From a virus, in the IMG/VR virus record IMGVR_UViG_3300045988_139298: a DNA stretch of 19,416 bases; one strand, 5' to 3'. The translations under genes were made by a program, and so were the position numbers. Under the pieces are notes generated by a model, which was given only the letters and a program-made list of their open reading frames with translations, searched no databases and was not told the origin of the DNA. Positions 7,333 through 14,028 of the stretch are shown one piece after another. The stretch's first letter is position 1, and each line of letters opens with the position of its first letter.

Positions 7333-8533
7333 ATTTATCTTTGATATAGTCATATATCTCACGTGCTTTAGTTCCTCTTTGAGGTTGGTTCGGGTCGGCT
7401 GGTCTTTCGTAGTTGGCTAAAAATTCTATGGCTAATGTATAAGGGTCAGCAGTTGATTTTGAAAAGCTCGCAAAACTTTCGGGGTATGTTGCTGTAGCAA
7501 TCCATTGTTGATTATTTTCCATTTCCCATTGAATTCGTTCGCATTCTCCTTGTCCAAACTTTGAAACATCCGGATAATATCCTTTTTCTTTTAGCCAGTC
7601 AATTATTTTAGTCCATGGCGTCCATTGTACTAACCCGTAACCACGTGAGGCAACCGGTTGTGCAAAAGGTACATCACCCTCCCATCGGTTCGGGTTAACA
7701 GTTGACTCAAAATAGGAGTTACCTAATATACCAGCAACCGCGTTTGCGGTCCAACCTTTAGCCTTAAAAAATTGCCAAAATGCTAACCAATTTTGTTTGG
7801 ACTCATCTTCTGTAAGTGGTCGCGTATTATTAATATCACCGGGAATAAACCACTCACACGTTGGTGTTGGCGGTTCGGGTTTGATCTCTTCTTTTGTTTT
7901 ATAAAATCCAAAATCAATACCTAAACCATCTAACATAAAATAGTGTTTAGTGTATTTGTATGAGGGTTCGGGCGTTGGAGGCTCGCCCCCTTCAAACGTT
8001 TGCCACGCTTGACCGTATCCATTTACAATATTTGTATCATTTACATAAAATACATTATTCGGTAACTCTGAACCACTTAGCGCGTAGCATTGATTCCCAT
8101 ATCTACATGTAACACCATAGTAGACGAGTCCGGCGTTTTGTGTAAAAGTTTGGTCGATGTGACAGTGGTCACCGGTCGCCATTCCAGCCGTACCCGTATG
8201 GTAAATTAGATCACCTTGTTTATATTGTGTAGCGGTTGGTGGGTTGGGGTCATGTGTAAAACTCACAGTGACATAGCTTAACCCATTTGGTGTTAGTACG
8301 GGATTGTCTGAGCTGTAAGCGCGTGTATTTCCGGAGTTGTCACTATAGGATAAGTGGCAACTAAACGGAGCATACACGGGTACGCGGACCTGCCCATTAA
8401 TTGCATTATCAAAAGGATGACCACAACAATGTGACACTGCCGTTGGACTTGACCATTGCGTGATATTCATTGTTTCCATAGGAAATAAACACACTTCATG
8501 GCCATCATGTGCTAACTTTTGACCGGCTTTCAT
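7331..8533 (-). CDS. Tail-associated peptidoglycan hydrolase: N-terminal M23 peptidase plus C-terminal phage tail lysozyme-like domain
   Basis: The HxH motif is GDHCHID (aa 121-127), with an upstream GHPFD. The C-terminal half has AGILGNSYFES...RGYGLVQWT, typical of phage tail lysozyme domains. Two Pro-rich linkers (EPPTPEP, PEPPTPT) separate the halves. Confidence 0.85.
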   Translation of the reverse strand: MKAGQKLAHDGHEVCLFPMETMNITQWSSPTAVSHCCGHPFDNAINGQVRVPVYAPFSCHLSYSDNSGNTRAYSSDNPVLTPNGLSYVTVSFTHDPNPPTATQYKQGDLIYHTGTAGMATGDHCHIDQTFTQNAGLVYYGVTCRYGNQCYALSGSELPNNVFYVNDTNIVNGYGQAWQTFEGGEPPTPEPSYKYTKHYFMLDGLGIDFGFYKTKEEIKPEPPTPTCEWFIPGDINNTRPLTEDESKQNWLAFWQFFKAKGWTANAVAGILGNSYFESTVNPNRWEGDVPFAQPVASRGYGLVQWTPWTKIIDWLKEKGYYPDVSKFGQGECERIQWEMENNQQWIATATYPESFASFSKSTADPYTLAIEFLANYERPADPNQPQRGTKAREIYDYIKDK

Positions 8534-8745
8534 AAATTTAATTCCTCCTCTAATTCTACTAATTCTCTTAGCTTATCTTTACATATATTATAGCGCTCAT
8601 AATCCACATCTTTTAAAATATGCATACATTGCATATAAAACTCAATATAAAAATAAACACTTAATCCTTCCGGTAAGCTATAAGGAATATCTTCCGGATT
8701 TTTCATCTTATATATACTTGATAATTCGCATTCTTTTTTATCCAT
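8530..8745 (-). CDS. Small protein, unknown function (71 aa)
   Basis: SD AGGAGG precedes the ATG. There is a 4-nt ATGA-type overlap with the tail hydrolase start, suggesting translational coupling. No motif recognised. Confidence 0.6.
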   Translation of the reverse strand: MDKKECELSSIYKMKNPEDIPYSLPEGLSVYFYIEFYMQCMHILKDVDYERYNICKDKLRELVELEEELNL

Positions 8746-8774
8746 AATTAATACCTCCTACTATATAATAAAAT

Positions 8775-8798
8775 AAAACTAGCTTATGAGCTAGTTTT
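8775..8798 (-). terminator. Intrinsic terminator after the 93-aa ORF
   Basis: The stem is aaaactagc / gctagtttt and encloses the stop codon at 8784-8786. It is followed by TTTTATTTTATT on the - strand. Confidence 0.6.
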
Positions 8799-9065
8799 TT
8801 CTAAAATAATGGAAATACACGCGTCAACATAGCATTGCCCTTTAATAGGCGTATCTGTTTTAAGCTTAGCGAAATATGGTAAATATTTCATAGCTAATTG
8901 AGTTCTCGCGTTTTGTAATTCATCTTTTGTTGTTGTAACAGTCACAGTATCCAACATTAAATAAACATAATCTATTAATTCACTTGTGGTTGGATCTGTG
9001 TTTGGTTGTATTAATTTACACATGTTATTATTTAATAATGATCTCTTAACTGTATATCCTTCCAA
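8784..9065 (-). CDS. Unknown protein (93 aa from a TTG start); possibly the C-terminal part of a readthrough or split fibre gene
   Basis: The ORF-track start is TTG 9065, with AGAGG 6 nt upstream. The same frame stays open upstream to the TAA at 9198-9200 that ends the 194-aa ORF. Confidence 0.5.
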   Translation of the reverse strand: MEGYTVKRSLLNNNMCKLIQPNTDPTTSELIDYVYLMLDTVTVTTTKDELQNARTQLAMKYLPYFAKLKTDTPIKGQCYVDACISIILEKTSS

Positions 9066-9197
9066 ATCTAAACCTCTAACAAAAGTAGTATTAGCATAAT
9101 AAGGAGCAGTTGGTAAATAACTAAAATTATATTTAAAATAATAATCTAATTTCTTAATTGTTTTATCTTCGTTTTCAGTTGTTGTATCTGTTGATAA

Positions 9198-9782
9198 TTA
9201 AATGATCGTAGGTTTTAATTTTTCCCATTCCTCATTGAATTTATTTGTTGTTGTTTCTTCCACCAGTGTAATAACTTGCGGTTTTAAAATATCCCATTGT
9301 TTTTTAAATTCGGCGTCTGTTGTGTCCTGTGCCAATTTAATAACAACCGGTTTTAATTCTTCCCATGATTTATTGAATGTTTCAATTGTTAAATTTGTTA
9401 CAAGCTCAATAACTTGTGGTTTTAGAATTGACCATTTATAGTCGAATTCCTCATCTGTCCATTCTTTCGTTGCCTGTTCTAATAATGGCACTATCGTATT
9501 CCATGCCTCAATTGTTTCATTCATAGCCGTTACTAAGGTATAAACGTATCCTTGTAAATAGTTTAAACACTGATAAACATTCATACCCGTATTAAATGCA
9601 CTCACGTATTGCTGGGCTAAATTCTTACCGCTTAACTTTAAAGGCTCGAACTCCGGTAAAAAGTTATTGATCTCAAATTCTTCATGTAACTCTGAACCGG
9701 AAATACTTTCGCTTTCACTCGTAGATGTTTCACTTGAATTTAAAATATTTTGCTTTATTTTATCAAAATCCATATTATTCAC
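9198..9782 (-). CDS. Fibre-like structural protein, short paralog (194 aa), with 23-aa repeats
   Basis: The N-terminal FLPEFEPLKLSGKNLAQQYVSAFNTGMNVYQCLNYLQG is nearly identical to the 297-aa paralog. It has 3.4 repeats of W-x-x-LKP-x-VI-x-L-xxx-TT (W117, W140, W163, W186). It overlaps the holin stop. Confidence 0.75.
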   Translation of the reverse strand: MNNMDFDKIKQNILNSSETSTSESESISGSELHEEFEINNFLPEFEPLKLSGKNLAQQYVSAFNTGMNVYQCLNYLQGYVYTLVTAMNETIEAWNTIVPLLEQATKEWTDEEFDYKWSILKPQVIELVTNLTIETFNKSWEELKPVVIKLAQDTTDAEFKKQWDILKPQVITLVEETTTNKFNEEWEKLKPTII

Positions 9783-10110
9783 CCTCTTTATATCCGATTA
9801 GTTCTTTTAGTTTATCCGGTAAGATGTCACTATTGATTTTAGAAATGTTTTCGATAATACTAACCACCTCTGTAATAATTGCATAGGTACAAATCACCGG
9901 TACTAAATCAACATCAAAAGGCAAAGTTAAATAAGTTTCCGCATAGTTAATAGCAATACCTAAAGTGTAACAAAAGATAAAACCAACCTTTTTAAAAAGT
10001 CCGTCTCTAAGCTTGTTTGACTTGATCTGTTCTCCTTCTCGTAAAGCACCAACGATACCTGTCACTATATCCAAACCGTTAAAAATCAATGCCACTAAAA
10101 TAATTTTCAT
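9775..10110 (-). CDS. Holin (Phage_holin_4_1-like), 111 aa
   Basis: The N-terminus has the LVALIFNGLDIVTGIVGAL...K motif followed by further hydrophobic helices. ATG 10110 has SD AGAGGTGA 5 nt upstream. The ORF-track start at 10128 has no SD. Confidence 0.75.
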   Translation of the reverse strand: MKIILVALIFNGLDIVTGIVGALREGEQIKSNKLRDGLFKKVGFIFCYTLGIAINYAETYLTLPFDVDLVPVICTYAIITEVVSIIENISKINSDILPDKLKELIGYKEGE

Positions 10111-10142
10111 TTTAATCACCTCTTTCATTTTCTATAATATAA

Positions 10143-10170
10143 AAAAATAGTTGAATGTTCAACTATTTTT
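10143..10170 (-). terminator. Intrinsic terminator after the 239-aa gene (copy 2 of the identical 28-bp cassette)
   Basis: The sequence aaaaaatagttgaatgttcaactatttt is identical to 7305-7332. The stop codon (10170-10172) abuts the stem. On the - strand, TTGAAC, 17 nt and TATTAT follow, ahead of the holin SD. Confidence 0.65.
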
Positions 10171-10889
10171 TAACTGCCTATTTTTCCTTGTCCTAACCAT
10201 TTTCCATTTTTACGAATTCGGCTTGTACCTTGGTTTTCTTTTCCTACTTTATCGTAACTATATTTTGCGATGTCCTTCCATGAGTTCGATTTTCGTATCT
10301 TTAAAAATCCACTGTCTTTATTCAAGGATTTTAACACGCCACTTTTACGAATACCCCACGGTCTAAAGTCGGGAATAACTTGTTTAATGTTGTAAATATT
10401 CGCGTATGGAAAAGTAACATAATCACCTTGTAATTCAATTTTAACGTGCGTTGTGTCATTTGATAATTGGATAAATTTACTCCATTGACTCGCTCGTGCC
10501 GTACCATCCCAGCCTGGCAAATAGTTTAATGGCATTTGACCCGTATGTGTAAATATTTTTTCTCTTAATAATTGTGTCCATGAGCCTTGATTGTCTGTTG
10601 ACTTAGACACAATAATAAAATAGTTATACGGTGTGGAAGTATCACCAACATAATACCCATCCGCCACATACTGTTGAGCGTCTGTTATAGCATACCCAAC
10701 TAAATCTAATATAAACGTTACGCCATAATTTCCATTATCTGTAAAGTTAATTCCTTTACCATATCCGGATGCGTGCGCCGTTGCTAGGGGTGCTCCAAAC
10801 GGTCCGGTGTTGTCTGGTGAACCACCTAAAACAACATTCGCGTATGGTCCGGTGTTATCGTAAGCTCCATAAAAACTATGCCATGCCAT
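10170..10889 (-). CDS. Putative tail fibre / receptor-binding accessory protein (239 aa)
   Basis: It is translationally coupled to the upstream fibre gene through a TAATG overlap at 10889. It has a DNTGP[YF] duplication at the N-terminus and three basic [KR]-I-R-K...W motifs at the C-terminus. Function is inferred from context only. Confidence 0.4.
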   Translation of the reverse strand: MAWHSFYGAYDNTGPYANVVLGGSPDNTGPFGAPLATAHASGYGKGINFTDNGNYGVTFILDLVGYAITDAQQYVADGYYVGDTSTPYNYFIIVSKSTDNQGSWTQLLREKIFTHTGQMPLNYLPGWDGTARASQWSKFIQLSNDTTHVKIELQGDYVTFPYANIYNIKQVIPDFRPWGIRKSGVLKSLNKDSGFLKIRKSNSWKDIAKYSYDKVGKENQGTSRIRKNGKWLGQGKIGS

Positions 10890-11782
10890 TATACACCACC
10901 AGCCAAATCATTCTCAGTGCTTCCGCTATTTGTACGAATGTATGAATCACCGTCAACACTTCCACCAAAGATATTAATATTACCGGTTGCGATGTTTCTA
11001 CCGTCTGTCATATGACCATCGAAAATAGTTGCACCCGTTTGTGTCCAAGCACCACTGTTCTTTAAGTTTGTTAACAAGATAGATAAATCGTCATACATTT
11101 TACCAATTTTAGAATCTTGATTATCAATATATTGATTGATCGTATTATTCACATATTGCGTTAACTCCGGTTTTAATTCTTCCCATGATTGGTTGAATTG
11201 ATTGATTGTTGTTTGTTTCGTCAACTCAATAACTTGAGGTTTTAATTCTTCCCATGATTCATTGAATTGATTGATTGTTGTTTGTTTCGTCAACTCAATA
11301 ACTTGAGGTTTTAATTCTTCCCATGATTCATTGAATTGATTGATTGTTGTTTGTTTCGTCAACTCAATAACTTGAGGTTTTAATTCCTCCCATTTCTCAT
11401 TGAATTGATTGATTGTTGTTTGTTTCGTCAACTCAATCACTTGAGGCTTTAACTCCTCCCAGTGTTTATCGAATTCACTTTTAGACAGTTCAATACAATA
11501 TTTAATCATGTCCTCGATATTTTTATTCCATTTTTTAACAACATCGTTAACAGCCTTTACCAGCCAACCAATATGACCTTGTAAATAATTTAAACATTGG
11601 TAAATATTCATACCCGTATTAAATTCACTCACATAATTTTGAGCTAAATTTTTACCGCTTAACTTTACCTCGTCAAACTTAGGCAAAAAATTATCAATAT
11701 CTATTTTGATTTCTTGGTTTTGCTCAAATTGTTCTTTAATTGTTTGGCTTGCTGATTGTTTCTTTTTAGTTTTTCTTAACAT
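10889..11782 (-). CDS. Fibre-like structural protein, long paralog (297 aa), with four near-identical 23-aa repeats
   Basis: It shares the N-terminal about 50-aa module with the 194-aa ORF. WEELKPQVIELTKQTTINQFNE[KS] occurs four times, followed by a degenerate fifth repeat and a Gly/Asn-rich C-terminal domain. It occupies the phi29 head-fibre position after the capsid gene, but I saw no resemblance to my recollection of gp8.5. Confidence 0.75.
   Translation of the reverse strand: MLRKTKKKQSASQTIKEQFEQNQEIKIDIDNFLPKFDEVKLSGKNLAQNYVSEFNTGMNIYQCLNYLQGHIGWLVKAVNDVVKKWNKNIEDMIKYCIELSKSEFDKHWEELKPQVIELTKQTTINQFNEKWEELKPQVIELTKQTTINQFNESWEELKPQVIELTKQTTINQFNESWEELKPQVIELTKQTTINQFNQSWEELKPELTQYVNNTINQYIDNQDSKIGKMYDDLSILLTNLKNSGAWTQTGATIFDGHMTDGRNIATGNINIFGGSVDGDSYIRTNSGSTENDLAGGV
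11186..11461. repeat. Tandem 69-bp coding repeat, four full copies (a degenerate fifth extends to about 11126)
   Basis: The string tcaactcaat recurs at 11221, 11290, 11359 and 11428, a 69-bp period. The middle copies appear identical at the DNA level. The array encodes aa W108-S199 of the 297-aa protein. Confidence 0.9.
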
Positions 11783-11841
11783 GATCTCACCACCTTCAAA
11801 TACATATTAATACAAAATAAATAAAAATAAAAGAAAAAGAG

Positions 11842-11869
11842 TTAAATTAATAACTCTTTTTCCTAAGTT
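11842..11869 (-). terminator. Intrinsic terminator downstream of the major capsid gene
   Basis: An 11-bp stem (aaaaagagtta / taactcttttt) with loop aattaa. It is followed by TTCTTTTATTTTTATTT on the - strand. Confidence 0.7.
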
Positions 11870-11898
11870 GCAATTCACCTGAATAATAGAAAGGAGGG

Positions 11899-11921
11899 GT
11901 GTCATGTCCTACTCATGACAC
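11899..11921 (-). other. GC-containing hairpin in the capsid mRNA 3' UTR
   Basis: An 8-bp stem (gtgtcatg / catgacac) with a 7-nt loop, 17 nt after the capsid stop. There is no U-tract, so it may stabilise the transcript or act as a processing element. Confidence 0.4.
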
Positions 11922-11937
11922 TGATATTATAACATAA

Positions 11938-13287
11938 CTAAACGTTATATACAACCTTAATATCACATGTTACATCTGAAACTGTATCTTTGATTGTTAC
12001 AGTTGCTAGACCTTCCGCATCAATAGCGTCTAAACCTTCAATCTTAATATGTTTCAAATCGCTTTCGATTGTAGCTTTAACTTTATCCTCAACACTAGAT
12101 GTAGCTGTTAAACTATACTTAGCATTTAAACCGCTTGTTTGAACTGTAAACGGTACGGTGATAGTCGCACCTTTACGTACTTCTACAACTTGTGGGTTAG
12201 AATAAATTGCTGTAACTTTTTCCTCAACATTACCGGAAACAAAAGCAATTGCGTTTGCAAAACGACTTGTCGCGATACCTTCCCAGTGATGCAAGAAGTA
12301 ATTCCAATATAAGCCTTTAGCATTATAAGCAACACCTACGCTATATTTTTGGTCAAATACTCTATAAATTTCTGAGTCGCATACGATAGCCTCGATAGTA
12401 CCTTGTGCCGTGCTTGGTAAAGTTGGCAATACTAATACATGAGTTTTAAATTGTGCGAACTCTAATCGGAATGTTTGCGCCAACCAATCAATGTTTAAAT
12501 AACTATTGGTTTTAGCGTTCAAAATGACATAGATATCATCATATTCATTTTGTTTTGTAACTGCCATAGCGTTATATTCATTTGTTGGCTCAGTTAGGTA
12601 AGATACGTATTCTGTAATTGTACGCGCTAATTCTCTAGCAGTGTACGTATCTGTTATGGCGTCCGTATTTACGATTTTCATGTGTCCGTTTTCGTAGTGT
12701 GTAACTAAAGCGGATTTCATATAGTTATAATCGTCTTTATTGTCACCATTATACATAGAGTCAACAATACGAGCGATCAAACTGTTTACACCATCCCATG
12801 TTACAAAGTATTTTCTTAAATCATCATCAGTAATTGTAGCTGGGTAATATGACTTTCTATTTACTACGTAGAAAGCTGTTTTAATATCAGGTAAACTTCG
12901 CTTAAAAAGAGTGTTTTCCGCGTCCGCTTGATTGTATTCGTGCTCTTTAGCGCACTCAACAAAGTATTCTTCCATAGTATAGCCTAAAGGCATGTTCTCC
13001 ATTTTAAACGGCGCTAGTTTGTTTGTTAAAATATTTCGGTGCGCGATCACTTTACCAATACGCGTTGCTAAATTCATAAACTCAACACCTAAAGTATCCG
13101 GATATTCTAATAAACCGTTCATAAACTCTAAAGAGCTTGTTTCGTTTGGGTCTCCGATTGTACTCCTAAAATTACTTGAACTCATTGCATACATCGCACT
13201 TGCGACTTCTTGCCCGGTTGGTTCGTGGTCCATTCCTAAGTCATTTTGTAACGTTTTAGTCACGTCTTTTCCTGTTGTTTTTGACAT
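11938..13287 (-). CDS. Major capsid protein, phi29 gp8-like, with a C-terminal Ig-like (BIG2-type) domain
   Basis: 449 aa versus 448 aa for phi29 gp8. It directly follows the scaffold gene. The C-terminal about 90 aa is a beta-rich Ig-like segment (VTAIYSNPQVVEVRKGATITVPFTVQ...ATVTIKDTVSDVTCDIKV). SD AGAGGTGA precedes the start. Confidence 0.85.
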   Translation of the reverse strand: MSKTTGKDVTKTLQNDLGMDHEPTGQEVASAMYAMSSSNFRSTIGDPNETSSLEFMNGLLEYPDTLGVEFMNLATRIGKVIAHRNILTNKLAPFKMENMPLGYTMEEYFVECAKEHEYNQADAENTLFKRSLPDIKTAFYVVNRKSYYPATITDDDLRKYFVTWDGVNSLIARIVDSMYNGDNKDDYNYMKSALVTHYENGHMKIVNTDAITDTYTARELARTITEYVSYLTEPTNEYNAMAVTKQNEYDDIYVILNAKTNSYLNIDWLAQTFRLEFAQFKTHVLVLPTLPSTAQGTIEAIVCDSEIYRVFDQKYSVGVAYNAKGLYWNYFLHHWEGIATSRFANAIAFVSGNVEEKVTAIYSNPQVVEVRKGATITVPFTVQTSGLNAKYSLTATSSVEDKVKATIESDLKHIKIEGLDAIDAEGLATVTIKDTVSDVTCDIKVVYNV

Positions 13288-13304
13288 CTAAATCACCTCT
13301 TTCA

Positions 13305-13580
13305 TTAAATACCTAATTTTCTTAAATCCATTGGCGCTTCATGTTTCGGCTTTTCTCCGCCCGATTTTTCGACGCCAATTTGCATAAATAGTTTAGAGTT
13401 TGCTTCTGTTAAAGAAGTATTCTTTTCAACTAGTTTCGTGTTCTCGGCTTTCAAATTGTCTAACTCTGTATAAGTTTTCTCAACTTCAGCTCGCATATCA
13501 TTCAGCATTGTCGAGCGTTCCGCTTGATCTTCAACCGTTAACACCTCTGTGAACTTATTTCTTAATTCATCACGTTCCAT
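13305..13580 (-). CDS. Scaffolding protein, phi29 gp7-like
   Basis: 91 aa and a heptad-like helical sequence. ANSKLFMQIGV matches my recollection of phi29 gp7 SNSKLFRQIGL. It is the first gene after the late promoter. Confidence 0.85.
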   Translation of the reverse strand: MERDELRNKFTEVLTVEDQAERSTMLNDMRAEVEKTYTELDNLKAENTKLVEKNTSLTEANSKLFMQIGVEKSGGEKPKHEAPMDLRKLGI

Positions 13581-13604
13581 TTTTACACATCCCTTCTAAT
13601 TATT

Positions 13605-13633
13605 AATATATGCTAATAATATTTTAAAGTCAA
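13605..13633 (-). promoter_or_regulatory. Late-operon promoter
   Basis: On the - strand: TTGACT (13633-13628), an exact 17-nt spacer, then TATATT (13610-13605). It lies immediately downstream of the early terminator and 25 nt before the scaffold ATG. Confidence 0.7.
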
Positions 13634-13635
13634 TA

Positions 13636-13790
13636 AAAAATAAAACCCTCTTTTATGAGGGTTTTAAAAATATAGGCTGTAAAGTTTAAAGTGTTACCAG
13701 CTAGATTACTATTCCTATATATGTTATCAGCACGTTTCACCGCGAGTAATTCTGATATACATGTCTGATTTACTGTCTTTATTCCTTACA
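13636..13790 (-). ncRNA. Candidate structured non-coding RNA, about 150 nt (possible pRNA analogue)
   Basis: No ORF longer than 11 codons on either strand. A possible promoter is TTGGAA-17 nt-TAATAT (13824-13796). A 5'/3' closing helix pairs uguaagg-aa-uaaag (13790-13777) with cuuua-aa-cuuuaca (13691-13678), and the terminator hairpin follows. Folded by eye only. Confidence 0.3.
13642..13665 (-). terminator. Intrinsic terminator ending the early (replication) transcription unit
   Basis: The stem is aaaaccctc / gagggtttt with a 6-nt loop. It is followed by ATTTTTTATT on the - strand. Confidence 0.8.
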
Positions 13791-13806
13791 ATAGAATATT
13801 AACATA

Positions 13807-14028
13807 CTATTTATTTTTTTCCAAATCTTCTTTAATTTTATTTTTTACATATTTACTAAATTTTTTGGATTTCAATAAACATTCAATATAATCAACCACT
13901 TCAATTTCATCTTTATTGACGCAAACACAATATTTATTAACATGATCTCGATACCATTTATTTCGGTTTTCTTTCGATTTTTCACTCAACATCGTCATTA
14001 CATCCTTTTTCATCATCTTCTTTTTCAT
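13807..14028 (-). CDS. Small Lys-rich protein with a CxC motif, unknown function (up to 73 aa)
   Basis: It is the last ORF of the early block. The longest form overlaps the upstream ORF by 47 nt, so the true start may be an internal Met at 13998 or 13992. No motif recognised. Confidence 0.55.
   Translation of the reverse strand: MKKKMMKKDVMTMLSEKSKENRNKWYRDHVNKYCVCVNKDEIEVVDYIECLLKSKKFSKYVKNKIKEDLEKNK

Noticed and set aside
11126-11461. The regularly spaced 69-bp direct repeats might be a CRISPR array.
   Set aside because: The units are contiguous with no spacers and lie in frame inside a 297-aa ORF, where they encode a 23-aa protein repeat. There is no leader and no cas gene context.
11891-11918. 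A perfect SD (AAAGGAGGGG) followed by a 4-codon mini-ORF (ATG TCC TAC TCA TGA) on the + strand.
   Set aside because: It lies antisense in the capsid 3' UTR, it is only 4 codons long, and its ATG and TGA are parts of the hairpin stem. The SD-like tract is better explained as the complement of the - strand pyrimidine tract.
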